Origin: Octopus sinensis
Taxonomy: Eukaryota
Length of the DNA: 60,239 nucleotides
Direction: 5' to 3'
Assembly (NCBI RefSeq): GCF_006345805.1
Contig: NW_021832557.1
Location: forward strand, 1-60,239
How positions within the stretch are numbered: position 1 is the stretch's first letter; every line of letters begins with the position of its first letter. Below the pieces are notes generated by a model. That model searched no databases, was not told where the DNA came from, and worked only from the letters and a program-made list of their open reading frames with translations. Below, piece after piece: positions 1 to 11,554 of the stretch. The position numbers and the translations under genes are program-made.

Positions 1-99
1 GATATCCCCCATTTTCCGCCCACAGAAACATTAAAGAAAAAAAATAACACATTTGTTCATATTTGTCCACGTATATTAAATTACTCACCACAGAGACAG

Positions 100-735
100 C
101 TCAAATTTGTTTGGTTTATTATTAAATATACCTTCCTCTACACTTCATATATTGCTATTGTATTTATTGGCTAAAGTTTGTTTTATACAAAAAATGTTTG
201 CTTATACGCAAGACAAAATTTCTTTTTGTTTCTTACCATCTTCTTCCATTATTTTTATTGCGTTTGGCACGTCTCCAACAGCCCCTGTTTGTATATTTCC
301 TAGGGTTCAAATTCCCTTAATACTTCATCCATTCCTTTGCAGCTCACACTCTCTCATGCATTTTACCCATTTAATTTCTTACACATGCCTCTGACATTCC
401 AATTGTGCTAAATATCTGCGTTGTTTGGAATACAGCCCAAATATAGGGGCTTCATTTTGTTTTTCATTTAGCTTCAAGTCATCTATCTTAAATAGGGCTT
501 TTAGAGTGCTACTTTCATTTCAAAACCACACGATTTCATCATATTCTGGGGAATATATTAAAAAAAATAGACGTACTACTATAAACAGGAGTGTCAGTGA
601 GTCATTTAGGAAGATTCCATTGCTGATATCTATAATTCTGGTGAAATGGCTACGGACAATCCTCTTTTCCATTTTATCATACGGTTCCTCAATAATCTTA
701 GATTGACGATATCACTGTTCAAAATCTTCACTATC
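100..735 (-). mobile_element. Degenerate R4/Dong-type LINE reverse transcriptase fragment
   Basis: Hand translation of the minus strand gives DISNGIFLNDSLTLLF (cf. ISCGIFQGDSLSPLLF of the LINE at 31.6 kb) and IDDLKL (cf. YMDDLKL), with many stops and frameshifts. Confidence 0.7.
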
Positions 736-863
736 CACATATAGGTTACTTATGTTAACGATGAATGTTTGTCGAACCACTGTGTTACAGGACACAACCG
801 GACAGCATATGTCACATTGGCATATAGAAAGGTGTAAGCACAAAGATGGCAAAGAAACACACT

Positions 864-866
864 CAC

Positions 867-941
<75 letters not shown>

Positions 942-1203
942 GGGCTAATTTACCAAAGATGGCACACAGTGGGATCAAACCCGGCATGTCTCTTCTATTA
1001 CAGAATCCGGCTGGCTTGGAGAGAAACTTCCCAATTCATAGGTCTTCAGTTCAAACCCAATGTGATCGCTGCAAAAATACATTTGGGCAATATAGAAACC
1101 TGCATATCTATTTATGTATGTATATATGTATGTGTATGTATGCATGCATGTATGTATATACATATATGTGTGTGCGTATGCATGTGTGTGTGTGTGTGTG
1201 TGG

Positions 1204-1234
<31 letters not shown>

Positions 1235-1387
1235 ACAAATTCACAGCATCTTAGGCAAGTTTCTCCTACAATAGTTCTGTGCAGACCAATGCATTGTGAA
1301 TGAATCTACTGGACCGAAACTGTGTAGAAGTTCGTTGTATATATATGTATATATATATGTATATATGTATGTATGTACATATATCTA

Positions 1388-1466
<79 letters not shown>

Positions 1467-1490
1467 ATATGATATATATATATACACACA
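864..1490. repeat. Microsatellite cluster: (CA)n, (TG)n, (TA)n, (TATC)n, with a degraded SINE-A remnant at about 1240-1345
   Basis: Read directly from the sequence. Confidence 0.9.
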
Positions 1491-1678
1491 ATATTAGATA
1501 TGTACATATATTCACAAGGGTACCACATGAGTACCTATATCACTACAAAATATAAGTAAAAAAAATACTTCTGTACCACCGAATAGTCACAAATCTATTA
1601 CAGACATTTTTAGCGATATAGGTACTCATGTAGTACCCTTGTGTATATATGTACATATCTAATATTGTATGTATATAT
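1480..1678. repeat. Inverted repeat (about 70-bp arms, about 55-bp spacer); fold-back or MITE-like
   Basis: caatattagatatgtacatatattcacaagggtaccacatgagtacctatatc (about 1490-1541) is the near-exact reverse complement of about 1615-1667. Confidence 0.85.
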
Positions 1679-1869
1679 TTTATTAATTTGCCTATACGGT
1701 TGATAATTCGCTTACCACTCGTGATGGTATTTTAATGATAACATGTAGCAAAAACAATTTGCAAACATATCTACATTCCCATATAGCAGTTAAGAACATC
1801 ACCATTATTGTATTACGCATGCGTGGATGTGTTTTTTCGACTAGGTGCTGCTGGCTTAATTACGCACGA

Positions 1870-1982
1870 CTCAAGTTAGAGAAGGGGTGCATATTATACA
1901 CAAGGTTTAGGTTTTCAGAGGTACAGCCTCCTAAAAATCCTGCGTATTATACTCAAGGGCGGACTATACTCGAGGATTCTGC
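1870..1982. mobile_element. Probable end of a Tc1/mariner-superfamily (pogo/Tc2-like) MITE
   Basis: Repeated gcatattatac / gcgtattatactc / ggactatactcgag motifs that I recall from such termini; recognition only. Confidence 0.35.
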
Positions 1983-1999
1983 CTCTGGAATGTCTTGTC

Positions 2000-2185
2000 T
2001 GAAATGCTATGGCGCTCCATCATCGCTTTTCTCATAATTTCCTCTCCCGGCTCAAATCGCTTCCCTTTCATTGTGGTTTTCAGTGTAAGGAAGCGGCAAA
2101 AGTCAAACGGTGCCAAGTCGGGAGAGTAGGGAGCCCGTCGAACAAGTGGTCTGTTTTTCTTGACCAGGAAAACTTGGATTACGTG
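2000..2185 (-). mobile_element. Mariner transposase C-terminal remnant
   Basis: Minus strand reads HHVIQVFLVKKNRPLVRRAPYSPDLAPFDFCRFLTLKTTMKGKRFE, containing the mariner YSPDLAP motif. Confidence 0.8.
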
Positions 2186-2713
2186 ATGCGTTCAAAAAGT
2201 ACCCGGCTTTATTTTTTCGTCGACACCCTCCGCATGCCACAAAACTTCCCTTAAGATGGATTGCACTGATCCTGAGCTTATTCTCCGTGACTCATTTCCA
2301 GGAATGTTACACGGCGGTTTTCCTTGACTATTCGCCGAACCATTTCGGTCGGATCCTACTTTCGGCCTGTTTTAGTGTGCCTCGTTCTCTACGGGGGAGA
2401 TGCGCGGCCATATTTGAAAGGGTTGTATCACTCCTTGATCTGAGTTTTGCCCATGGCCTCATCGCCAAAGGCCTGCTGAATCTTCTAGATGGTTTGAACT
2501 TGAGTATCAAGGTTTCTGATCGATGTGTTCGGTCATCTTGCGTGGAAACGAAAATCCGACGACCGCGCACTACACAGACGCGGCCTAGCGGTACGATAAT
2601 TTTCGCACATACGCAGGAAGGGTGGCTTCACCTTTACCCCAAAGGATTTTGCCCACGCAGCATTAGTTTTGGCGGGAAAAAGTAAGCTGGATAACTTTTG
2701 AACGCACTTCGTA
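2180..2713 (-). mobile_element. Internally deleted mariner (MITE-like) with TIRs and an N-terminal HTH remnant
   Basis: TIRs tacgtgatgcgttcaaaaagtacccggctt and (reverse complement) tacgaagtgcgttcaaaagttatccagctt with TA ends; minus strand KIQQAFGDEAMGKTQIKE*YNPFKYGR. Confidence 0.8.
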
Positions 2714-2734
2714 TATTATGTCGATTTTTTTCCA

Positions 2735-2905
2735 CTCATACTGCTAGACAACCGGTGTTAGTTTGTTTGCATTCCTGCAACTTAGTCATTCGGCAAAAAG
2801 ATCAACAAGTTAAGTTCCCAGATTTAAAATATGTACCTGGGTTGATTTGTTCGGCTAAGAGCCTATTCCAATGGCCGCATTCCAATGATTGGAACAAGTA
2901 AAGCG
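2735..2905 (+). mobile_element. Degraded 3' half of SINE family A
   Basis: Alignable by eye to the SINE-A tail (gacaaccggtg...cattcggcaaaaaga...atggccgc...aacaagtaaa). Confidence 0.65.
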
Positions 2906-3224
2906 CCAAAGCGAAAATATATATAAATGCATGCATGTACACACACACACACACACACACAGACACACACACACACAGACACATTCGTGTAGGACTGTAT
3001 GCATGTATATATGTATATATTTGTGTGCCTGTGAGTGTTTGTATACATGCATGTATATATAACATATATGTATAAATATGTCACATCTAGGATGTTTGCA
3101 TAATGACATAGATATACAAAATGTCCATATTATCGGTTCCCTCTGAGTTTCTTCCCCTTTTTTACTCTCTCTCTCTCTCTCTCTCTCTCACTCTGTCTTC
3201 ACTACCCAGACACACAGAAATACA

Positions 3225-3522
3225 TGCACACACACACTTATTTACATTCATACATATACATATACACACATACTCATTCACACGCATGCACACACACACA
3301 CACTTATATACATTCATACATACACATATACACACATACTCATGCACACGCATGCACACACACACATATATATATATACATTCATATATATACATATACA
3401 CATATACTCATGCACACACACACTTATATACATTCATACTTATACATATACACACATACTCATGCACACACACACACACTTATATACATTTATACATATA
3501 CATATACACACATGCTCATGCG

Positions 3523-3563
<41 letters not shown>
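3225..3563. repeat. Microsatellite-derived minisatellite (about 45-60-bp CA/TA unit, about 5 copies) running into (CA)n
   Basis: The unit cacacacttatatacattcatac...atactcatgca recurs. Confidence 0.8.
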
Positions 3564-3565
<2 letters not shown>

Positions 3566-3685
3566 GGCCTATACACGAGTCTGCTTTCTCGAGTTCTATT
3601 TAGCGCACACAAACGTCACACGCGCACATATACACATTTAAGTACATACAAACAAACAAACACACCCTCACGCATACCTTCTACT

Positions 3686-3728
<43 letters not shown>

Positions 3729-3729
3729 G

Positions 3730-3760
<31 letters not shown>

Positions 3761-4644
3761 TAATGTAAAAGGTTGAGGTGGAGCTTAAGTTGTCTGTTCC
3801 ATTTCCTTTAAGCAAAGAGAAAAAGTCAGTAAAATCTATTTCTATATTAACTCTGCCTCCATCTGAAATCGATATCACGTGGTATAATAAGTTAAGATAT
3901 TGTCATATCTTATTAGCTGATTCCCCATTGAAAGTAAAACTCTGGCAAAACCCGTAATGACCCGCCAATTTGGATTTGATATCATGCCGCAAACTGAATT
4001 TGTTGATTTCGAGATGCCATTTTCAGTTTTTGATTTTCATCTTCTTCTTCTTTTTATTGTTGTAGTCGTTATTCTTGTTGTTGTTAATGTTGCTGGTGGC
4101 GGTGATAGTGGTAGACGCTGGTACCTTTTCTAGTCTTGGGAAGTTGTTTTTCTTTTTTATTATTTTTATCTGTGGTGTACGAATGTGTGTGTTCACGCGT
4201 GTGTATGTGTACTTTTCCCTCAGCTGTGGTCATGTATATTAATATTGTCGTTGTTGCTGTTACTGATGGTGTTGTTGTTGTTGTTGTCGTTGTCGTTTTT
4301 ACAGTGGTGGAGGTCATGGTGGCGATGTTGGTGTAGATTTTATCGTTATTTTATTTTTTTTTTTCTTCTTTTTTTTTTGTTTCTGTCCTTTTTCATCTGT
4401 GGCCGCTTACGTTGTTGTTGTTATATTACTACAGATACTTTTGCCGTTGATTTTCATTTTTCTTTTTGTTGTTTCTGTTGTTTCTTGTTTTTGCTGTTGT
4501 TGTTGTTGTTGGTGGTGGTGGTGATACTGTTGCGTTCTGGCTCTTCATATTCTGAGTTCAAATCCCGCTGAAAATAACTTTGCCTTTCAACTCTCCGAGA
4601 CCGACAAAATAAAAATATCAGTCAAATGATTTTGTTGCTGATGT

Positions 4645-5141
4645 CTTCTTCTTCTTCTTCTTCCAATCAGGACTCACGCCATGAGCCCCAAAGAATAATC
4701 TCTAATTGGAGCCTACTCTAAGCTGCTAAGAATGCGTGTGGCAACTTGAAGATCCACCCACCACACACGATAGACTGGCGGTTGCATGGACGCAAACGTT
4801 ACGTTGTTATCTTCATTCCGTAAACGGTGGCTTTTAACGGGTGGAGAGCTGAACCATCCTGGGGTACAGAGGATTCGCAATCTAGACTAGGGTCTGAAAG
4901 TTTACCACACCATAGCGGGTTACTCCATGGTTCCTCTGCTTTGTGGCAGAAGTAGGAAGAAAGAGTGAGAGAAAGTTGTGGTGAAAGAGTTCAGCGGGGT
5001 TCACCACCCCTCTCCGCCGGAGCCTCGTGGAGATTAGGCGTTTTTGCCCAATAAACACTTACAATGCCCGGTCTGGGAATCGAAACCGCGATCTTACGAC
5101 CGCCAGTCCGCTGCCCTAACAACTGGGCTATTGCGCCTCCA
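4645..5141 (-). mobile_element. tRNA-headed SINE family C, variant with a long tail ending in (GAA)n
   Basis: Minus-strand head tggaggcgcaatagcccagttgttagggcagc...ggtttcgattccc (box A/B-like) aligns with 14521-14700; (GAA)n terminus. Confidence 0.75.
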
Positions 5142-5324
5142 CTGTTGCTGGTGTAGATATTGCCGTCGACTTTGCTATTGCATTGATTTTGATGTTGTCT
5201 TTGCTTGATGGCCTTGACGGTGATGATGGTAGTGATAAGGGTGTTAATGTTGTTGACGTATTTAAGCCGGTTGTGAAGTTGGTGTGAAGTTGTGAAGTCA
5301 ACACTGATGAAACATGCTTTCATA

Positions 5325-5543
5325 ATGGCTTCAAATTTTGGCAGAAGATCAACAATTTCGTGGGAGGGGGGTAGTCGACCCCCACCAGCCCCAGCACGCA
5401 GCTGATTCTTATTTTACCGAATGAAAGGCAAAAAATGAAAGGCGAAGTCGACCTCGGCGGAATTTGAACTCAGAACGTAACGGCAGACGAAATACCGCTA
5501 AGCATTTTGCCCGGCGTGCGAACGATTCAGCCTGCTCGCCGTC
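5325..5543 (-). mobile_element. SINE family B monomer with beta-type tail, head-to-head with the array
   Basis: Reverse complement of the B head and core (gaactcagaacgtaacggcagacgaaataccgctaagc); tail ...aatttcgtgggagggggg. Confidence 0.85.
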
Positions 5544-8500
5544 GCCGCCGGCGAAATGCTTTGCGGCTTTCGTCTGCCGTTACGTTCTGAGTTCAAATTT
5601 CGCCGAGGCTGACTCTGCCTTTCATCCTTTCGGGGTCGATTAAATAAGTACCAGTTACGCACTGGGGTCGATGTAATCGACTTAATCCGTTCGTCTGTCC
5701 TTGTTTGTCCCCTCTGTGTGTAGCCCCTTGTGGGTAGTAAAGAAATAGGTATTTCGTCTGCCGTTACGTTCTGAGTTCAAATTCCGCCCAGGTCGACTTT
5801 GCCTTTCATCCTTTCGGGGTCGATAAATTAAGTACCAGTTACGCACTGGGGTCAATGTAATCGACTTAATCCGTGTGTCTGTCCTTGTTTGTGCCCTCTG
5901 TGTGTAGCCCCTTGTGGTAGTAAAGAAATAGGTATTTCGTCTGCCGTTACGTTCTGAGTTCAAATTCCGCCCAGGTCGACTTTGCCTTTCATCCTTTCGG
6001 GGTCGATAAATTAAGTACCAGTTACGCACTGGGGTCAATGTAATCGACTTAATCCGTGTGTCTGTCCTTGTTTGTCCCCTCTGTGTGTAGCCCCTTGTGG
6101 GTAGTAAAGAAATAGTATTTCGTCTGCCGTTACGTTCTGAGTTCAAATTCCGCCCAGGTCGACTTTGCCTTTCATCCTTTCGGTGTCGATAAATAAGTAC
6201 CAGTTACGCACTGGGGTCAATGTAATCGACTTAATCCGTGTGTCTGTCCTTGTTTGTTTGTCCCCTCTGTGTGTAGCCCCTTGTGGGTAGTAAGAAATAG
6301 GTATTTCGTCTGCCGTTACGTTCTGAGTTCAAATTCCGCCCAGGTCGACTTGCCTTTCATCCTTTCGGTGTCGATAAATTAGTACCAGTTACGCACTGGG
6401 GTCAATGTAATCGACTTAATCCGTGTGTCTGTCCTTGTTTGTCCCCTCTGTGTGTAGCCCCTTGTGGGTAGTAAAGAAATAGGTATTTCGTCTGCCGTTA
6501 CGTTCTGAGTTCAAATTCCGCCCAGGTCGACTTTGCCTTTCATCCTTTCGGTGTCGATAAATTAAGTACCAGTTACGCACTGGGGTCAATGTAATCGACT
6601 TAATCCGTGTGTCTGTCCTGTTTGTCCCCTCTGTGTGTAGCCCCTTGTGGGTAGTAAAGAAATAGGTATTTCGTCTGCCGTTACGTTCTGAGTTCAAATT
6701 CCGCCCAGGTCGACTTTGCCTTTCATCCTTTCGGTGTCGATAAATTAAGTACCAGTACGCACTGGGGTCAATGTAATCGACTTAATCCGTGTGTCTGTCC
6801 TGTTTGTCCCCTCTGTGTGTAGCCCCTTGTGGGTAGTAAAGAAATAGGTATTTCGTCTGCCGTTACGTTCTGAGTTCAAATTCCGCCCAGGTCGACTTTG
6901 CCTTTCATCGTTTCGGGGTCGATAAATTAAGTACCAGTTACGCACGGGGTCAATGTAATCGACTTAATCCGTGTGTCTGTCCTTGTTGTCCCCTCTGTGT
7001 GTAGCCCCTTGTGGGTAGTAAAGAAATAGTATTTCGTCTGCCGTTACGTTCTGAGTTCAAATTCCGCCGAGGTCGACTTTGCCTTTCATCCTTTCGGTGT
7101 CGATAAATTAAGTACCAGTTACGCACTGGGGTCAATGTAATCGACTTAATCCGTTCGTCTGTCCTTGTTTGTGCCCTCTGTGTGTAGCCCCTTGTGGGTA
7201 GTAAAGAAATAGGTATTTCGTCTGCCGTTACGTTCTGAGTTCAAATTCCGCCAGGTCGACTTTGCCTTTCATCCTTCGGTGTCGATAAATTAAGTACCAG
7301 TTACGCACTGGGGTCAATGTAATCGACTTAATCCGTGTGTCTGTCCTTGTTTGTCCCCTCTGTGTTAGCCCTTGTGGGTAGTAAAGAAATAGGTATTTCG
7401 TCTGCCGTTACGTTCTGAGTTCAAATTCCGCCCAGGTCGACTTGCCTTTCATCCTTTCGGTGTCGATAAATAAGTACCAGTTACGCACTGGGGTCAATGT
7501 ATCGACTTAATCCGTGTGTCTGTCCTTGTTTGTGCCCTCTGTGTGTAGCCCCTTGTGGGTAGTAAAGAAATAGGTATTTCGTCTGCCGTTACGTTCTGAG
7601 TTCAAATTCCGCCGAGGTCGACTTTGCCTTTCATCCTTTCGGTGTCGATAAATTAAGTACCAGTTACGCACTGGGGTCGATGTAATCGACTTAATCCGTG
7701 TGTCTGTCCTTGTTTGTCCCCTCTGTGTGTAGCCCCTTGTGGGTAGTAAAGAAATAGGTATTTCGTCTGCCGTTACGTTCTGAGTTCAAATTCCGCCGAG
7801 GTCGACTTTGCCTTTCATCCTTTCGGTGTCGATAAATTAAGTACCAGTTACGCACTGGGGTCAATGTAATCGACTTAATCCGTGTGTCTGTCCTTGTTTG
7901 TCCCCTCTGTGTGTAGCCCCTTGTGGGTAGTAAAGAAATAGGTATTTCGTCTGCCGTTACGTTCTGAGTTCAAATTCCGCCCAGGTCGACTTTGCCTTTC
8001 ATCCTTTCGGTGTCGATAAATTAAGTACCAGTTACGCACTGGGGTCAATGTAATCGACTTAATCCGTGTGTCTGTCCTTGTTTGTCCCCTCTGTGTGTAG
8101 CCCCTTGTGGGTAGTAAAGAAATAGGTATTTCGTCTGCCGTTACGTTCTGAGTTCAAATTCCGCCCAGGTCGACTTTGCCTTTCATCCTTTCGGTGTCGA
8201 TAATTAAGTACCAGTTACGCACTGGGGTCAATGTAATCGACTTAATCCGTGTGTCTGTCCTGTTTGTCCCCTCTGTGTGTAGCCCCTTGTGGGTAGTAAA
8301 GAAATAGTATTTCGTCTGCCGTTACGTTCTGAGTTCAAATTCCGCCAGGTCGACTTTGCCTTTCATCCTTCGGTGTCGATAAATTAAGTACCAGTTACGC
8401 ACTGGGGTCAATGTAATCGACTTAATCCGTGTGTCTGTCCTTGTTTGTCCCCTCTGTGTGTAGCCCCTTGTGGGTAGTAAAGAAATAGGTATTTCGTCTG

Positions 8501-11241
8501 CCGTTACGTTCTGAGTTCAAATTCCGCCCAGGTCGACTTTGCCTTTCATCCTTTCGGGGTCGATAAATTAAGTACCAGTTACGCACTGGGGTCAATGTAA
8601 TCGACTTAATCCGTGTGTCTGTCCTTGTTTGTCCCCTCTGTGTGTAGCCCCTTGTGGGTAGTAAAGAAATAGTATTTCGTCTGCCGTTACGTTCTGAGTT
8701 CAAATTCCGCCCAGGTCGACTTTGCCTTTCATCCTTTCGGTGTCGATAAATTAAGTACCAGTTACGCACTGGGGTCAATGTAATCGACTTAATCCGTGTG
8801 TCTGTCCTTGTTTGTGCCCTCTGTGTGTAGCCCCTTGTGGGTAGTAAAGAAATAGGTATTTCGTCTGCCGTTACGTTCTGAGTTCAAATTCCGCCCAGGT
8901 CGACTTTGCCTTTCATCCTTCGGTGTCGATAAATTAAGTACCAGTTACGCACTGGGGTCAATGTAATCGACTTAATCCGTGTGTCTGTCCTTGTTTGTCC
9001 CCTCTGTGTGTAGCCCCTTGTGGGTAGTAAAGAAATAGGTATTTCGTCTGCCGTTACGTTCTGAGTTCAAATTCCGCCCAGGTCGACTTTGCCTTTCATC
9101 CTTTCGGTGTCGATAAATTAAGTACCAGTTACGCACTGGGGTCAATGTAATCGACTTAATCCGTGTGTCTGTCCTTGTTTGTGCCCTCTGTGTGTAGCCC
9201 CTTGTGGGTAGTAAAGAAATAGGTATTTCGTCTGCCGTTACGTTCTGAGTTCAAATTCCGCCCAGGTCGACTTTGCCTTTCATCCTTTCGGTGTCGATAA
9301 ATTAAGTACCAGTTACGCACTGGGGTCAATGTAATCGACTTAATCCGTGTGTCTGTCCTTGTTTGTCCCCTCTGTGTGTAGCCCCTTGTGGGTAGTAAAG
9401 AAATAGTATTTCGTCTGCCGTTACGTTCTGAGTTCAAATTCCGCCCAGGTCGACTTTGCCTTTCATCCTTTCGGTGTCGATAAATTAAGTACCAGTTACG
9501 CACTGGGGTCAATGTAATCGACTTAATCCGTGTGTCTGTCCTTGTTTGTCCCCTCCGTGTGTAGCCCCTTGTGGGTAGTAAAGAAATAGGTATTTCGTCT
9601 GCCGTTACGTTCTGAGTTCAAATTCCGCCCAGGTCGACTTTGCCTTTCATCCTTTCGGTGTCGATAAATTAAGTACCAGTTACGCACTGGGGTCAATGTA
9701 ATCGACTTAATCCGTGTGTCTGTCCTTGTTTGTCCCCTCTGTGTGTAGCCCCTTGTGGGTAGTAAAGAAATAGGTATTTCGTCTGCCGTTACGTTCTGAG
9801 TTCAAATTCCGCCCAGGTCGACTTTGCCTTTCATCCTTTCGGTGTCGATAAATTAAGTACCAGTTACGCACTGGGGTCAATGTAATCGACTTAATCCGTG
9901 TGTCTGTCCTTGTTTGTGCCCTCTGTGTGTAGCCCCTTGTGGGTAGTAAAGAAATAGGTATTTCGTCTGCCGTTACGTTCTGAGTTCAAATTCCGCCCAG
10001 GTCGACTTTGCCTTTCATCCTTTCGGTGTCGATAAATTAAGTACCAGTTACGCACTGGGGTCAATGTAATCGACTTAATCCGTGTGTCTGTCCTTGTTTG
10101 TCCCCTCTGTGTGTAGCCCCTTGTGGTAGTAAAGAAATAGGTATTTCGTCTGCCGTTACGTTCTGAGTTCAAATTCCGCCCAGGTCGACTTGCCTTTCAT
10201 CCTTTCGGGGTCGATAAATTAAGTACCAGTTACGCACTGGGGTCAATGTAATCGACTTAATCCGTGTGTCTGTCCTTGTTTGTCCCCTCTGTGTGTAGCC
10301 CCTTGTGGGTAGTAAAGAAATAGGTATTTCGTCTGCCGTTACGTTCTGAGTTCAAATTCCACCCAGGTCGACTTTGCTTTCATCCTTTCGGTGTCGATAA
10401 ATTAAGTACCAGTTACGCACTGGGGTCAATGTAATCGACTTAATCCGTGTGTCTGTCCTTGTTTGTGCCCTCTGTGTGTAGCCCCTTGTGGGTAGTAAAG
10501 AAATAGGTATTTCGTCTGCCGTTACGTTCTGAGTTCAAATTCCACCCAGGTCGACTTTGCCTTTCATCCTTTCGGTGTCGATAAATTAAGTACCAGTTAC
10601 GCACTGGGGTCAATGTAATCGACTTAATCCGTGTGTCTGTCCTTGTTTGTCCCCTCTGTGTGTAGCCCCTTGTGGGTAGTAAAGAAATAGGTATTTCGTC
10701 TGCCGTTACGTTCTGAGTTCAAATTCCGCCCAGGTCGACTTTGCCTTTCATCCTTTCGGTGTCGATAAATTAAGTACCAGTTACGCACTGGGGTCAATGT
10801 AATCGACTTAATCCGTGTGTCTGTCCTTGTTTGTGCCCTCTGTGTGTAGCCCCTTGTGGGTAGTAAAGAAATAGGTATTTCGTCTGCCGTTACGTTCTGA
10901 GTTCAAATTCCGCCCAGGTCGACTTTGCCTTTCATCCTTTCGGTGTCGATAAATTAAGTACCAGTTACGCACTGGGGTCAATGTAATCGACTTAATCCGT
11001 GTGTCTGTCCTTGTTTGTGCCCTCTGTGTGTAGCCCCTTGTGGGTAGTAAAGAAATAGGTATTTCGTCTGCCGTTACGTTCTGAGTTCAAATTCCGCCCA
11101 GGTCGACTTTGCCTTTCATCCTTTCGGAGTCGATTAAATAAGTACCAGTTACGCACTGGGGTCGATGTAATCGACTCAATCGCTTTGTCTGTCCTTGTTT
11201 GTCTCCTCTATGTTTAGCCCCCTGTTGGCAATAAAGAAATA
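5544..11241 (+). repeat. Tandem array of 31 units of about 184 bp (180-186) derived from the SINE-B body plus alpha tail; truncated head in front of unit 1
   Basis: Unit starts read by hand: about 5566, 5749, 5932, 6115, 6301, 6483, 6666, 6848, 7029, 7213, 7393, 7574, 7758, 7942, 8126, 8307, 8489, 8672, 8856, 9039, 9223, 9406, 9590, 9774, 9958, 10141, 10324, 10507, 10691, 10875, 11059. The same sequence occurs dispersed as monomers, dimers and a trimer elsewhere in the window. Confidence 0.97.
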
Positions 11242-11510
11242 TATAATGAAAGACATTCAAACTTTGGCTATCTCATCTCTTATGATAAAAGTCTCCTGAT
11301 AAAGCGAAGATAATCGCATTGTCTTATGTGTCCTTGGTGTTCGTAAGAGGGAAGAATATGATTTGAAGGCAATTACACTGCTATTTCTAGCAGATAGAAA
11401 CATCCAAATTGAGGAACCCTAGTGTCCTGAGTATCCTATAAGAAACAGAAGCTTGGAGTACGTTGGATTTGGTAGTGTAGGTAAGGGTGTGTGTGTGTAT
11501 GTGTGTGTGT

Positions 11511-11554
<44 letters not shown>

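Noticed and set aside
5544-11241. CRISPR array, 5S/tRNA gene array, or coding repeat (ORFs such as MNSERNGRRNT...)
   Set aside because: Units are contiguous with no unique spacers, match a dispersed SINE rather than 5S or tRNA, and frequent indels break any reading frame.
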